Assembly: GCA_951406725.2 (NCBI GenBank)
Contig: OX597828.1
Location: 10,540,001-10,604,000, forward strand
Direction of reading: 5' to 3'
DNA: 64,000 nucleotides
Origin: Octopus vulgaris
Taxonomy: Eukaryota
Shown: positions 1 to 14,459 of the stretch, in pieces
Layout of the letters: each line of letters starts with the position of its first letter
How positions within the stretch are numbered: the first letter of the stretch is position 1
The notes under the pieces: generated by a model
What the model was told of the DNA's origin: nothing
The model's database searches: none
Seen by the model: only the letters and a program-made list of their open reading frames with translations
Program-made: the position numbers and the translations under genes

Positions 1-261
1 GTGCGTATATATATATATATACACACGCATACACACATATACACAAACATATATATATATATATACACACACACATATATATATACATATATTTATACAT
101 TTGTTTATATATTTATTCATTCAATTATTTATTTATTTATTTATTCATACAAGGTTGTATTTACATTCTCAATATAAGAAGGCAAGTTTTCCAAATGCAT
201 AAACAATGACATAAGTACTACAAAGAAATCATTTTTGTTAACACGCGGTAACTATTATCAC

Positions 262-327
<66 letters not shown>

Positions 328-339
328 GTTTATTACTGT

Positions 340-830
340 AAATAGTAGTTCAGCAACCATACTGAGAAAATATCACACAAATAAAAATAGTTGGCTAACG
401 AATAACTCCGATACGTGCTGTATCCTACTTATCGTTGCTTGTTAGTGAACCTTAAATGTTCTCAACATAAAAGCAAAGAGCACATTGAGCGAACAAAACA
501 GCGCACATCTGCCAAGCATTTGATAATTTTCCAGATAATGGACATAATAACTTCTCACTTTGACAAAAACTATCATTGTCCTTACACAAACATTATACTA
601 GTGTATTATGCGTTAGCTTTCATACTTGCCAACAAATGTTTTTGCTGAGTAGATGATAGTATATTCTTAAGTATCAACATGTTCCAAATAATTTTTTTCT
701 TCCTGACAAATTGCAATACTTGCGACATGCTATTCGCAATATGTCTTTGTGTGACTCTGGTTCTTTATGCACTTATATTTTTTTCTTCGTATGCTTAACG
801 AAAATTGTGTATTTTATCAATTGTAACGGA
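340..830 (-). pseudogene. Decayed Cys-loop/nAChR-like receptor fragment (M1-M2 region)
   Basis: Minus-strand LNVLFAFML (~465-490), VGYST and FLSMVAEL (346-369) resemble M1 end, GEK-x-GYS and the M2 end. Stops and frameshifts present; matched by eye. Confidence 0.35.
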
Positions 831-909
831 AGAGTTGTATATAAGGTATATAGACTATAATCTATAATGCATGTGCGTATATAAATATATATAAGTACAT
901 ATATATATA

Positions 910-955
<46 letters not shown>

Positions 956-956
956 T

Positions 957-1011
<55 letters not shown>

Positions 1012-1144
1012 TATGTACTATATGCTATATAATTTATAATACAACTCTTCCATAAATTTAAATAGATAGAATATATAATTTCGTTAAGCATATATATATA
1101 TATGTATATATATATACATGCATGCGTACACACATACACACACG

Positions 1145-1520
1145 AGTTTGCTGTGTAGTAAGTAGCTTACTTGCCAACCACATGGTTCTGGGTTCAGTAC
1201 CACTGCGTGGCACCTTGGAGCAAGTGGGTTCTACTATAGCCTCGGGCCGACCAAAGCCTTGTGAGTGGATTTGGAAGATGGAAACTGAAAGAAGTCCGTC
1301 GTATATATGTATGTGTGTGTATATGAGTGTATGTCTGCGTTTTTCCGCCTCCACCATCGCATAACAACCGATGCTGATGTGTTTACATCCCCATAACTGT
1401 GACCGATAGAATAAGTACTAGGCTTACAAAGGATAAGTCATGGGATAGACTCGCTCGACTAAAGGCAGTGCTCCAGAATGATCTCAGTCAAATGACTGAA
1501 ACAAGTGAGATGGAGTAAAA
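1145..1520 (+). mobile_element. tRNA-derived SINE family 1 (octopus OK-like), near full length
   Basis: A/B-box-like head (TGTGTAGTAAG...GGTTCAGTACC), conserved body GCCTCGGGCCGACCAAAGCCTTGTGAGTGGATTTGG, internal microsatellite, 3' tail CAGTCAAATGACTGAAACAAG. More than 10 copies or fragments in the window. Confidence 0.85.
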
Positions 1521-1542
1521 GAGAATAAAAAGAGTGTAAAAA

Positions 1543-1583
<41 letters not shown>

Positions 1584-1593
1584 CATACATACA

Positions 1594-1705
<112 letters not shown>

Positions 1706-2017
1706 CAAGGCTTTAAAGTAATAAGTACTGCAGTACATTTGTTCGACTAAAATTTTTCGATGTGATGTTCCAGGATAGCATGGTCGCAGTGTAACTGAAA
1801 CAAGTAATATACACGACAGGATTTTCCACTTTCTGTCTAATAAATTCACTTACAGGGCTTTGGCTGTCTCTGGGTAATAGTAAGAGAGACTCGCTATGCA
1901 GTTTGACTGAACCTGGAACCATGCGACTGAGAAACGTTCCTAACAATTGTCCTTCGTCACGATCTTAACTTTAAAAAAATGTAGGAGATTGAAAACGCGA
2001 GGAGATATCGCAATATA

Positions 2018-2581
2018 TTGGGTTGTCCGGAAAGTTCGTGCCGAATTTATAAGATAGAAAAAGGTTAATAAATACTTGCCATTACATTTTTAATCAACCA
2101 AATATGAACCATTTTGTTGCACAATGCTTCTCCAACTTTTCTTTAACTTGAAAATACCCTCATCCCAGAATCGAGGTGGTTTCATGGCAAAGAATTCATC
2201 AAGGTATCTTTGTACGTCATCCAAGGAATTGAAAATTTTACTATTAAGACAATTCTGCAGAGACCTGAATAAGTGGAAATCCGAAGGAGCAATATCTGGT
2301 GAATATGGAGGGTGGGGTAACACATCCCAGCCGAGCTGCAGCAATTTTTGTCTGGTTTCCAAAGCATCAAGTGCCGAAAATAGACTTTGTTATCTTCCAT
2401 TTTAAAGGGTTGTAGAATTAACACAGGTTATAGGAACATAAACCTTCTTCCACGAAAAGATAGCTTAAACTGTACTCTGAATGGAAGTGCAGTCAAATCT
2501 TATTTTATGGACTCAACCATGTTCTAAAATAAGTTGAAAGTAAGCTACTATAAAGCTGTACGAACTTTCCGGACAACCCAA
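2018..2581 (-). mobile_element. Internally deleted mariner (DD34D) element, 564 bp
   Basis: TIRs TTGGGTTGTCCGGAAAGTTCGT / ACGAACTTTCCGGACAACCCAA flanked by TA. The transposase N-terminus (MEDNKVYFRHLML) is fused to the C-terminus (HPPYSPDIAPSDFHLF, ORF 2090-2362). Confidence 0.93.
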
Positions 2582-2619
2582 TAGAATGGTGATAGTATAG
2601 TGGCTTTCAGGCCCCATTA

Positions 2620-3640
2620 ACGTAAACGAAGATTACAATCGGAATACATTTTCTTCAAATATGTTAAGTTTCATTGTATGTACCTTGCGCAGGTCTGTGA
2701 TTGTGTGTGGCTGCGCGTAGGTTCATGAAATAGAAGAAGAGATAAAGTAGTCCTATCTATGTTAGATTGCTATGCGAATTGTGTGAACGAAATTAAATTA
2801 GCAATATGTACATATATTTGCTTTATGTATTATTTGTTTGACTGTGTGTGCAGGGTGTAGAATATTTCATAGATGGGGTATTATACATATGTAGGTGTGT
2901 TACAGTGAGAAAAAGAGAAAAGAGAGAAAAATTGCAATACAGAGACGGATATTACGATGTCGTTGATTTCACCACTGAAAGAAGTGCGTAGGTAATGCGA
3001 TAGAGTGATGTGCAGACATTTTAAAATAATGTGTAGGTTACTGTTAATTTTCGGTGAAGGTGAACGTTAGAGTAGACTCATTCCTGATCTGTGGGCTGTG
3101 TAAAGTCAGAAAATTAACTGTTTCTTCTCGACGCAAGCGAGAGGCAGAAGACTGATAGTGTAAAACAAGTCTGCAGATCTGAAATTAGGTGTTAGCAGTT
3201 TAAATAAAATGAGGAGTTTCATGTTCGAGTGAAACGGTGTTTTACACCTAAAAAGGTAAAATCTTCTATCATCTGCTAATGTCCAACTGCTATTTCCTAT
3301 ACACAGCCAGTGTATAGGCTGAAAAGCCAGTATTTTATGTTGTATATACTGTAGTTCCCATGTAGTCATTCCAGGTATGTGCGAAAGGATAAGCAATGAG
3401 ATTGTGTGCTGCAAAGAACAAGAGTAAGTGTTACGGCAAGAATTGGAGGAAAAAGTCCCTGATGTGTATATGGATGTTACAAAAAAGTATAGACCACAGC
3501 CATGTGCAATGCGATGGTGAATAAATAAAAGAGGATGCGAAGTCTTTCAACAAAGTTGTGAACGAGGCACGATCAAATTCGAAGCGAAAATTGTACTTTT
3601 GCGTCAATCACACTAAGAAAGAAATTCTTAAATTGCACAA
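2620..3640 (-). pseudogene. Decayed Cys-loop/nAChR-like receptor gene
   Basis: Motifs in the expected order: RI*SCLVHNFV (~IWxPDLxxxN), YTSGTFSSNSC..LQHT (Cys-loop region), CIGNSSWTL (~ENSEWxL), LFKLLTPNFRSADLFYTISLLPL (~FxLxLxRRPxFY..P; ORF 3106-3414), FTQPTDQE (~FxLPxDSGE). Confidence 0.5.
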
Positions 3641-3719
3641 TATAAGTACGCACATACGTAAATATTTGTTGCATACATACACTAACTCACACATATGCAC
3701 CTACGTACATACACTCACA

Positions 3720-3753
<34 letters not shown>

Positions 3754-3762
3754 TATATATGT

Positions 3763-4145
3763 GTGGAGGCGCAATGGCCCAGTGGTTAGGGCAGCGGACT
3801 CGCGGTCGTAGGATCGCGGTTTCGATTCCCAGACCGGGCGTTGTGAGTGTTTATTGAGCGAAAACACCTAAAGCTCCACGAGGCTCCGGCAGGGATGGTG
3901 GTGATCCCTGCTGTACTCTTTCACCACAACTTTCTCTCACTCTTACTTCCTGTTTCTGTTGTACCTGTATTTCAAAGGGCAGGTCTCGTCACTCTCTGTG
4001 TCACGCTGAATATCCCCGAGAACTACGTTAAGGGTACAGGTGTCTGTGGAGTGCTCAGCCACTTACCCGTTAATTTCACTAGCAGGCTGTTCCGTTGATC
4101 GGATCAACCGGAACCCTCGTCGTCGTAAACGACGGAGTGCTTCCA
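3763..4145 (+). mobile_element. tRNA-derived SINE family 2a (OR1-like), full length
   Basis: tRNA-like head GGCGCAATGGCCCAGTGGTTAGG...GGTTTCGATTCC. The body and tail recur at 37243-37550 on the minus strand. Confidence 0.85.
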
Positions 4146-4387
4146 TCCATGTATATATGTGTATATGTATGTGAGTTTGTACATTTGTGTGTTTGTATTG
4201 CACCACTGTTGTTTTGAGTATACGTATGCTTGTCAAAACGTTTGTTTTTGTGTCTGCTGTTTCCTTCCTATGAACGCATACAGTCTGCTTTTAAAAATCA
4301 GATATGCTTCACTATTCTATTCTACCATTTGTCTGTCCATATACACATATGCACGCGTGGGCGTGTATGTACTCCAATGTGTGTATG

Positions 4388-4434
<47 letters not shown>

Positions 4435-5337
4435 CTGCATATATGTATATATATATATACATACATGCACGCATAAATACTCATGTACACAAACAGATTT
4501 ACACATGCAACACTCATTCATACATGGAAATGTCTCAGACTGAGTGAGTTAAGACGATTGGCAAACCTATTCAGTGTATACATTACACCTTATATATCTG
4601 CGCAGACACGCGTACATGTGTGTATTGACGTATAATATTCATGCATATTATGTAGATACGCAGACATGCGTGCGCAGGTGTCTATGTATGTACTTTACAA
4701 TGAGCCTTTGTATATATATATACATGTCTATAACTATGAGTGAGTCTATATCTGTGAGTTCTTATATGTGGGTGATTAGAATATATATATATACACGTAC
4801 ACACACGCATACATTTCTCACAGAAATGTGTGTTTCTGTTAAAATATTTTGTGTATTCCACTTCTTAATTTTGTCTAGGTATTTTTACACTTTATCTATT
4901 TTGAGATAGACAAGAGGAGGGGGAGAAGATGATACGCTCATTTTTCCCTTCATTTTATTCTCTATAGGTTCGATAGTGTTTTTATATATTTCTTTATATC
5001 TTGGCTGTAACAGATTTGATTATGTTTCCAAGTTTTCTAAGACCATGCTGTAAAACTCACAGTCTTTTCCTTTGGTCTGTTCACATTCCCTTTGTTGCCC
5101 ATTCTTTTCATGTATTTTCTTTTGAAAAAGTTGCGATTTGTTGCAGACACTGCAACAAAAACGATCAGACAGCCGCGATAGGGGGAGCTGTCGTAAAATC
5201 ACTGAACCAACAACACCCATGTAATAAGGCACCGCAATCATCTACCAGTTCGAGATTCCATTGTTGAAGTGTCCAACACGTATATACAAAAAGAATGTTC
5301 ATTTTTGCTATTTCCTTTTCTGTTTTATCACGTAAAC

Positions 5338-5381
<44 letters not shown>

Positions 5382-6065
5382 GTGTGTGTGTGTGTGTTGG
5401 GGTGTGTGTGCTTATGTGTATTTTTGTATGCATATGTATATGTATGTAGATCTGTATATGCATGTATTCATTCCAGTCCTCCCTACCTAGTTTAATATCA
5501 TTCTTTATTTGTCATCCTTTGCTTGTTGTCTTTTGTATTTTCGCATTTCTTTCTCTTCTCCATTTCCTCTCATCTCTTCATTCTTCCTTTACCGATCCTT
5601 TATACCATCGTTACTCTATTACTTTTCCTACACATTTTTGCTATCTCTGCTCAACACTTTTTGTCTGTCTATCTAGCAATCAACTCCGAAAATCTCTTTC
5701 TAGTTGTTCATCTGGCTTTCACTCCCTCTCTCTCTCTCTCGTTCTCCATGTCTGTCTTTCTGTAGACACACATACGCAGGCGCAAAGACATACACATATA
5801 TGTATAGATACATACTGACATATCAATATATATATGTGTGTGCGTTGGCAATTGCCTGTCGTGTTCGATGTCCGTTTTTCACTTTAACAGTCGTCAGCTC
5901 ATGCATGTCGACAATGTTCAATGCATTGTGCACCGAAATGTTGTTTTATTATGTTCATTATATGTTGTGAGTTCTAACTCTGTTACGCTTCACACTGTCC
6001 ACAGTGCAATTGTCTTTGTTCCAGCACACGAGCTCAGACCAGATCACTTGCTATGCAAGAACATC

Positions 6066-6134
<69 letters not shown>

Positions 6135-6256
6135 CAAAAGAGGAAAAATATAGGAAAATGTGTTGTTGAAACTCGTTTGGTATATATGTAATTAAATGTA
6201 TTTTTTAAACATTTATGAGCATTTGAAATTTAAGTGCATCTTCAACAACACAATTT

Positions 6257-6295
<39 letters not shown>

Positions 6296-6354
6296 GCAGC
6301 AAGCGACTTATTAAAACTAGCAGTTATATATTGTGGGAAATTTTAATTATCTAA

Positions 6355-6531
6355 TATGTGTGGTAAGAAGCTTGCTTCCTAATCACATGATTCCAGATTC
6401 GGTCCCAATGTGTGACACCTTGGGCAAGTGTTTTCTATAAAAGCCTCGGGCCGGCCAAAGCTTTCTGAATGGATTTGGTTGACGGAAACGGAAAAAAGAG
6501 CGTCGAGTATATATATAAACGCGTGTGTCTA

Positions 6532-6566
<35 letters not shown>

Positions 6567-6750
6567 TTATATGTTTGTTTGCCTTCCCCTATCATCGCTT
6601 GACAATCGCTGCAGGTGTGTTTATGTCCACGTAATATAGCGGTGCGGTAAAAGAGTCAGATGGAATAAGTACTCAGCTTACAAAGAATAAGTCTTTGGGT
6701 CGATGCTCTAGCATGGCCGCAGTCAAATGACTGAAACAAGTGAAAAGATA
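6355..6750 (+). mobile_element. SINE family 1 copy
   Basis: Same head, body and tail as 1145-1520. Confidence 0.85.
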
Positions 6751-6871
6751 CTTCAATTATAAATATCATCCCGTGTCCAAATGATGGATAAGCAACATGA
6801 GACTCTTCTGCAACGTATTTTGTGTAAAACGAGATGAGAGAGCAGCATAGTTTTCTGTATACATATAGTGC

Positions 6872-7285
6872 CGAAAGGCGGCGAGCTGGCAGAAACGTTA
6901 GGACGCCGGGCGAAATACTTTGTGGTATTTCGTCTGCCGCTGGGTTCTGAGCTCAAATTCCACCGAGGTAGACTTTGCATTTCATCCTTTCGGGGTCGAT
7001 AAATTAAGTACCAGTTACGCACTGGGGTCGATATAATCGACTTAATCCGTTTGTCTGTCTTCTTTGTCCTCTCTGTGTTTAGCCCATTGTGGGTAGTAAA
7101 GAAATAGGTGTTTCGTCTGCCGCTACGGTCTGAGTTCAAATTTCGCCGAGGTCGACTTTGCCTTTCATCTTTTCGGGGTCGATTGAATAAGAACCATTTA
7201 CGCAGTGTGGTCGATGTAATCGACTTAATCCCTTTGCTGTCCTTGTTTGTCCTCTCTGTGTTTAGCCCATTGTGGGCAATAAAGC
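6872..7285 (+). mobile_element. SINE family 3 (tRNA head plus Meta-like domain), with tandemly duplicated body
   Basis: Head GGCGGCGAGCTGGCAGAAACGTTAG, B-box-like GAGTTCAAATT, core TTTCATCCTTTCGGGGTCGATAAATTAAGTACCAG. The ~180-bp body occurs twice. Confidence 0.85.
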
Positions 7286-7488
7286 ATTACCGAATTTTTC
7301 TCATGTGGAATCTTGATTTTTCGAAGCAGGTGAATTTCAGATGATAATTTGTAATTACGCACATTATGTATTAAATCAGGACGCTAGTATGTAAAGCATC
7401 TTAGATCATTCATGACCTTAATCTGAATAATACATGGTTGAAGAGCAAATTCGCACACACACGCATACATAAATGCATACACATACAT

Positions 7489-7536
<48 letters not shown>

Positions 7537-7679
7537 TATATTGCCGACGACGTTTGAAAACAATATGTACCCTCGTTCAAATTACTGGGGACAAGACGAA
7601 AATATGAAATCTTCACGAAATATTTGAAACCCGTTTTTTCTGAATCCATTTTTAACTGACTTCCATCCGTCGTCAAGCG

Positions 7680-8035
7680 TAACTGTGTGTATAAAAATCT
7701 TGCCGCTGAACTACATTGCTCTGGGCTCAGTCCTACTGCGTACCAACTTGGGCAAGTGTCCTCTGCTGAAGCGTTGTGCTGAACAAATCCTTCTGTGTAA
7801 ATTTGGTAAACGGAAACTGAAAGAAACCTGTTCTGTATATGTGTATATGCGTGTGTGTGCGCGTGTAAGTGTGTTTTTGTTTGTGTGTGCATGTGTGTGC
7901 GTGCCTGAGTGCATGTGCGTGTGTGCGTATGTGTGTCTGATGTCTGTTTGTGTCGATTTATTCGGCTAAAAAGTTTCTAATGCGGTTGAGCAGCATGGCC
8001 GCAGTCTGACAACTGAAACAAGTAAACGAGGGAAA
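7680..8035 (+). mobile_element. Degenerate SINE family 1 copy
   Basis: TTGGGCAAGTGTC, GGAAACTGAAAGAA and tail GCATGGCCGCAGTCTGACAACTGAAACAAG. Confidence 0.7.
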
Positions 8036-8789
8036 AAGATAATAAATCTATACACACGCGCGTACAAACACACATGCACAAACACACGTTATGTATGTAT
8101 GTATTCGTGTGCGTGACATAGTGAGTGGAGAGGGAGAGAGATAGATGTATGTATGTGCGAGTGAGATGGGAGGTGGTCGGATTGTGATAGTTCTTATCAT
8201 AGACTTACGACTGCAGTATTGTAAAATAATGCGTTGATGGATTTTATACATGGGTTCGTATCTTTTATGGCGCACATTCATCTCATCAGGAAGCTTAATA
8301 TTTGTTTGTTGTTTTCCATCGTAGAAGCCACTGGAAGGGCATAAAACTAATATTCATTTTCATATGAAGTGTCTATTCAAAATTAATCAATTACAACAGC
8401 GCTTTCATCCTCGCTCAGAATTTTTCGAAATCTTTTTTGTTCCACTACTAAAATCTACGAAATTTAATTGACTGCTGCTGATCCTGTTTACAGGATCAGT
8501 GAGTTGTGCCAGCAAATGTTAATTATTGAACAGAGTTTGATTGGATTCTTCTTTCTGTCATGCAGCCCTAAGCTGACATTGATCTGTCAAACTTATGATT
8601 AAAGGCAGTAGAGATACTGAATGTTTCTTTAATTCATTTTAAATATTCAGTGAATTCTAAACTACATTCTATTTACGGCCCTATCATCTCCCATACATCT
8701 TCAGCTGGTTGTATAACTCATAATGATTGCAGCTTAGCTGAAATATATAGGTTCTAATATGAATGTTGCGAGTGACATAAGACGGCAGC

Positions 8790-9735
8790 TTCGACTTCGC
8801 CTTTCATCCTTTCGGTATCGATACAATAAGTTTAAGGCGCCGAGCTGGCAGAAACGTTAGCATGCCGGGTGAAATACGTAGCCGTATTTGGTCTGCCGCT
8901 ACGTTCTCAGTTCAAATTCCGCCGTGGTCGACTTTGCCTTTCATCCTTTCGGGGTCGATTAAACAAGAACCAGTTACGCACTGAGGTTGATATAATCGAC
9001 TTAATCCGTTTGTCTGTCATTCTTTGTCCTCTCTGTGTTTAGCCCCTTGTGGGTAGTAAAGAAATGAGTATTTCGTCTGCCGTTACGTTCTGAGTTCAAA
9101 TTCCGCCGAGGTCGACTTTGCCTTTCATCCTTTCGGGGTCGATTAAACAAGAACCAGTTACGCACTGAGGTTGTTATAATCGACTTAATCCGTTTGTCTA
9201 TCCTTCTTTGTCCTCTCTGTGTTTAGCCCCTTGTGGGTAGTAAAGAAATGAGTATTTCGTCTGCCGTTACGTTCTGAGTTCAAATTCCGCCGAGGTCGAC
9301 TGTGCCTTTCATCCTTTCGGTATCGATAAAATAAGTGTAAGGCAGCGAGCTGGCAGAAACGTTAGCATGTCGGGCGAAATGCTTAGCGGTATTTCGTCTG
9401 CCGCTACGTTCTGAGTTCAAATTCCGCCGAGGTCGAATTTGCCTTTCATTCTTTCGGCGTTGATTAAGTAAGTACTAGTTACGCACTGGGGTCGATATAA
9501 TCGACTTAATCCGTTTGTTTGTCCTTGTTTGTCCTCTCTGTGTTTAACCCCATTTGGGTAGTAAAGAAATAGGTATCGATAAAATAAGTATCACATGAAT
9601 ATTATGGTACGAAATTACTGGCCTGGTGCCGAAATATAAAACCAGTATTGTGAGTGATCTAAGGCGGCAAGCTGGCAGAACACTTAGCATAGCATGCAAA
9701 GCAAAATGCATGGTGACATTTCGTCCGTCCCTGCC
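8790..9735 (+). mobile_element. Nested/tandem array of SINE family 3 units
   Basis: Heads at ~8835, ~9341 and ~9662. Body units repeat with a 184-bp period (GAAATGAGTA at 9061 and 9245). Confidence 0.9.
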
Positions 9736-9855
9736 CTGTGGTAAGAAGCTTGCTTTGCAACCTTTTGTTGCGGTTTCAGTTCCTCTACGTAGCAAATTGG
9801 GAAAGTGTTTTCTACTATAGCCATGTTACGTCTTTTTTGTGGAGTTGGTATATAT

Positions 9856-9906
<51 letters not shown>

Positions 9907-9928
9907 AGAGAGAGAGAGAGAGAAATAC

Positions 9929-9971
<43 letters not shown>

Positions 9972-10096
9972 CCTCAGATGCATAAAATAACAAATATAAT
10001 TAAATTAAAACAAGTGGACACAGAATAATTTTAACTAAAATCTCACAGATAAGGAAAGAGAGAAAGAACATGCTGTCTTCACTTCAGCATAGAAAC

Positions 10097-10127
<31 letters not shown>

Positions 10128-10130
10128 GTG

Positions 10131-10244
<114 letters not shown>

Positions 10245-10412
10245 CATACATACATACATACATACATACATGCATACATACATACATACATACATACATA
10301 CACATGATTTTTAAGCTGAAGTGAGGACAGTATCTCCTTACCCTCTTGGAGATTCAGACAATTTTTTTCTAATGTGTTTATCTGTTTTAATTTTATCAAA
10401 TTCTATGTCTTT

Positions 10413-10500
10413 ATGCAGCTGAAGATTGCTCTGCATGTAAACTGATGTAATGATCACATTGTTCAATTAAATGAAGTTGCTTGAAACGATCGTACTGCAT
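10413..10500 (+). ncRNA. Type I minimal hammerhead ribozyme with long stem-II insert (PLE pLTR-type)
   Basis: AUGCAG-CUGAAGA-UUGC...GCUU-GAAAC-GAUC-GUA-CUGCAU: perfect 6-bp stem I, intact core, palindromic stem III (ACGAUCGU). Predicted cut after 10494. The stem II base is imperfect. Confidence 0.7.
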
Positions 10501-11114
10501 TACCTCTGGATATCCTTGCTGCTTATTTTGATTACACACACACACCCACCCACACACACACACACATATATATATATTTATGTATATATGTATATGTATA
10601 TATATATATGTATATGTGTATATATATATGTATATAAATATGTATGTATATATATATATATGTATTCATATATGTATATATATATATAAATATGTATGTA
10701 TATATATATATGTATATATATATGTGTGTATATATATATATATAAATATGTATGTATATATTACTTTACTTTTACTTACTTTATCCCCGTCTGTCTTGAT
10801 AGACAATGGGTTGCGCCAAGGGTGGGGCCTACTTTGTAAAAGTAAAGTAAATATATATATAAATATGTATGTATATATATATGTATATATATATATGTAT
10901 ATCAAACTAAGGTTATAGAACAAACAAATGCAAGGTCATCCACATAACATTTCATAACTCGAACATTTAATCATAGAATATACATTCAAACATCACTATA
11001 TATATATTTATGTGTATAAATTGAGATAGGGGTTGTAAATGCAACCCTCCATGGGATAACATATATCCAATATACTGCTAGTCAAGTACCCAACAAAGTT
11101 AATACATAAATGTT

Positions 11115-11842
11115 AATGATTGCGATATAAGAAGGTCAATATAGCTCGTAGGATGAGTTCCTGGATCTTAAGAACTTTCCGGTCCAGAGAACAAGGTGTC
11201 ATCATACCACTTTTCTCCTCCTTTGTACGGCCACACCTCGAATTCTGATGCCCACTGTGGTTTCCCCATACAAGACAAAACATCTCGAGGATTGAATCAC
11301 CCCAGAGGGCACTCACTAAACGAATTGAAGGCATGGCTGCTCTCGATTATTGGGATCGCCTTAAAGCCTTGGAACTCTACTCCCTCCTGCGTCGCCGTGA
11401 GCGGTACATCATTTGTACGTTGTGGAGAATATACTGCCAACTTTGCCCAAACGACCTGAACATTAGCTTCAAGGTTCATCCAAGACTGGGACCACGGGCC
11501 ATACGTCCCCTGCCCTATTCCAGATCACAGCATACATGTACACTGCAACATAATTTTTTTCCTCAACAGGCCCTGCCCTATTTAACATTGTCCCGAAAGG
11601 GATCAAAGAGGAAAAGGATCCCATCAACTTTAAACGGAGTCTGGATAGATTCCTTCAAGGAATACCAGATAAGCCACCCATAATTGGATATAACTCACCC
11701 AACAAAATCTCACTACTTGAATGGAACATAAACAAAGCTTGACTTAAACAGGATTCAAATAATCCTGTCAGGTGGTGCTATTAAGTTAGATATGGCCTGG
11801 ACCAATCTTTGGTCGAAACATATCTAAGTTTATCTAAGTTTA
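11115..11842 (+). mobile_element. CR1-clade LINE 3' fragment
   Basis: Translation WILRTFRSRE..FVRPHLEF*CPLW..DYWDRLKALELYSLLRRRERY. Ends in a stem-loop (GACCAATCTTTGGTCGAAAC) and a (TATCTAAGTT)2 tail. Confidence 0.88.
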
Positions 11843-11847
11843 TTTAT

Positions 11848-11931
<84 letters not shown>

Positions 11932-12501
11932 ATATATAAAATCATATGTATATGCATGCGTGAGTGTGACTTTGTATAAGGTTGTCCTCCACCACCGCCT
12001 GATAACAAGTATCATCAGAGGCGTTGCGTTCAGGTATGAAAACAGTGACGTCGCTAAATTGTGTATCACGAGGGCAGGCTTTGTGTTGGAAATCCCTCCC
12101 CAATTCTCCCAGCTAATTAAGTCTTATGCAGCAGACCCAGAACAGCTTCGCCGACAAAAGATCGACCTGACTGGACCGCCCTCCACGCCATCCACCTACT
12201 CTATGACGATACAATTATATTTTCAAGCAATATTCTGTATCCAGAAATACCTAACAAATACGTTATTCTTTTTTTAAAGTGGCTAGCGTATGGTTTGAGA
12301 CCGTTTTACTTCCTACTGCTATCACACTGTAGTTGTTTTCTGGACTGAAATTTCGATGATTTTAACTGATGGTTTAATCGAGCAAGAGGGAGAGATATAT
12401 GATTCGCGGAAATCTGAAAAGATCTGCATTCAGTAAACAAACACAAAAACACACAGTTAGGGCGAGCGAGTGAGGAGAGAGAGAGAGAGAGAAAGAGAGA
12501 G

Positions 12502-12540
<39 letters not shown>

Positions 12541-12936
12541 GAGAGTGTGTGAAAGAGAGAGAGAGACATTAGCCCAAACATTTATGGTAAATAATACAAA
12601 CTGTAGTGTATTGTACTGAAAATGAAAAATTTAGAAGCCCAAATATTTTATATATGTAAATAAATCGTGTTGAGTTTCCAACAAAAGTAAGAGTAATCAT
12701 TTGAATTTATTAGAACTCATACAAAGACACATGCACAGACACACACACACATGTACGCATGTGTGTGTTGTGTATGTATATATATATATAGAGAGAGATA
12801 GATAAATACATCGATAGATAGATACATACATATATATATGTATACATGTGTATATATACATACACACACATATATACATATATGTATATATATATATATT
12901 TTTTTATATATATGTATATATATATATGTATGTATG

Positions 12937-12968
<32 letters not shown>

Positions 12969-13035
12969 CATATATATATACATACAGATATATATATATA
13001 CATAGATACATATATATACAAATATATGTGTAAAC

Positions 13036-13103
<68 letters not shown>

Positions 13104-13396
13104 GTATGTATACTCATATAGTTATCGACTGATTATAATGGTTTTATGTTTCTCTGCTATAAAATAAGTGGAAAAAAATATAAATTTCGTTGTAAATGAC
13201 GCTGGCATTATGTACTCACCATATCGCTGTTATGTTTATGCTAAAGACACTTACACTGAAGTATATTTCCTTCGATTAATTATTGCTGTTATGATGTTAG
13301 TTATGATCGTCCAACATATTTATTTTGTTCTTCTATCAATAAAAACAAATGTTTCATATGTGTAGCCGAGACAACGTGCCAATCTCATATTTGGAA

Positions 13397-13448
<52 letters not shown>

Positions 13449-14459
13449 GTGTATATATATAGGTGTGTATGTGTGTTTCCTTAGGCATATATATATATAT
13501 ATATATATATGCCTATGCAAACACACACACACCTATATATATATATATACATGTATACATATATATATATATGCACGTAACTCAATATACATAAACTACA
13601 TTTGTGCCAGCATAGATATAATGTTTACAATCTCGAAAATGAGCACATGCATATATAATATATAGATATACATATAAATCTGTGGTGGTGAAATCTTGTA
13701 TTTCTTTGGAGGTAAATAACATATTACATGTGCACTATGACCAACTCTATGTAAACATACACCCAGAAATACACAAGTCAATATACAGACACCGAAACAC
13801 ACATATATATACATACATTCACACATATATGTTTGTATTTATTTATTGATTTACATCAATCTCTATGCGTACTCGTATATGTGTTATTACATGGTCAGTG
13901 GGGTAAGTGCGTATGCATGCATATTTGCTTCCATGTGCATGATGGCTATCTCATGCTCATAAGGAAAGTGTGAAATAAATTCAGTAGAAGAAAACTAGTG
14001 TTCAACTATATTCTGATTTATACGTGATTTGTTGTTTCTGGGGAGGGTGTATGGTATAAATTAACTCACAGCATTAAAGTGTCAGCTAGGTCTAACAAGA
14101 ACGTCGGTCTGTGTTAGATAAAGTAGACTGGTATGATATCCATCGAGATGCTTATCTCACCATTGCATATACATATTTGGTCGATGCAGCATGATATACT
14201 CATACGCACAAATTTAATCAATAAAAACATTCTCCGCAACACGTCACAGGCAAAACATATCCTAATTACCATCCAATCAAACCCCACAAACCTTACAAAA
14301 TGTCTTATCACTATATAAAGTCAAGACTATATACAATGCATTTCAGTACGATAATGGTTTAGCCGGCTGCAAATACGTAATCAACCTCAGTACTATTCAC
14401 ATGTTTGTGAGTGTGCGTGTGTATGTATTATATTTCATCATGTTGAACCGATGATCTCT

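Noticed and set aside
3763-3840. tRNA-like sequence (also at 37065-37135, 51728-51800, 52800-52876)
   Set aside because: It continues into a SINE body, so these are SINE heads rather than tRNA genes.
8790-9600. CRISPR-like regular repeats
   Set aside because: Units are ~184-bp SINE bodies without unique spacers; eukaryotic context and no cas genes.
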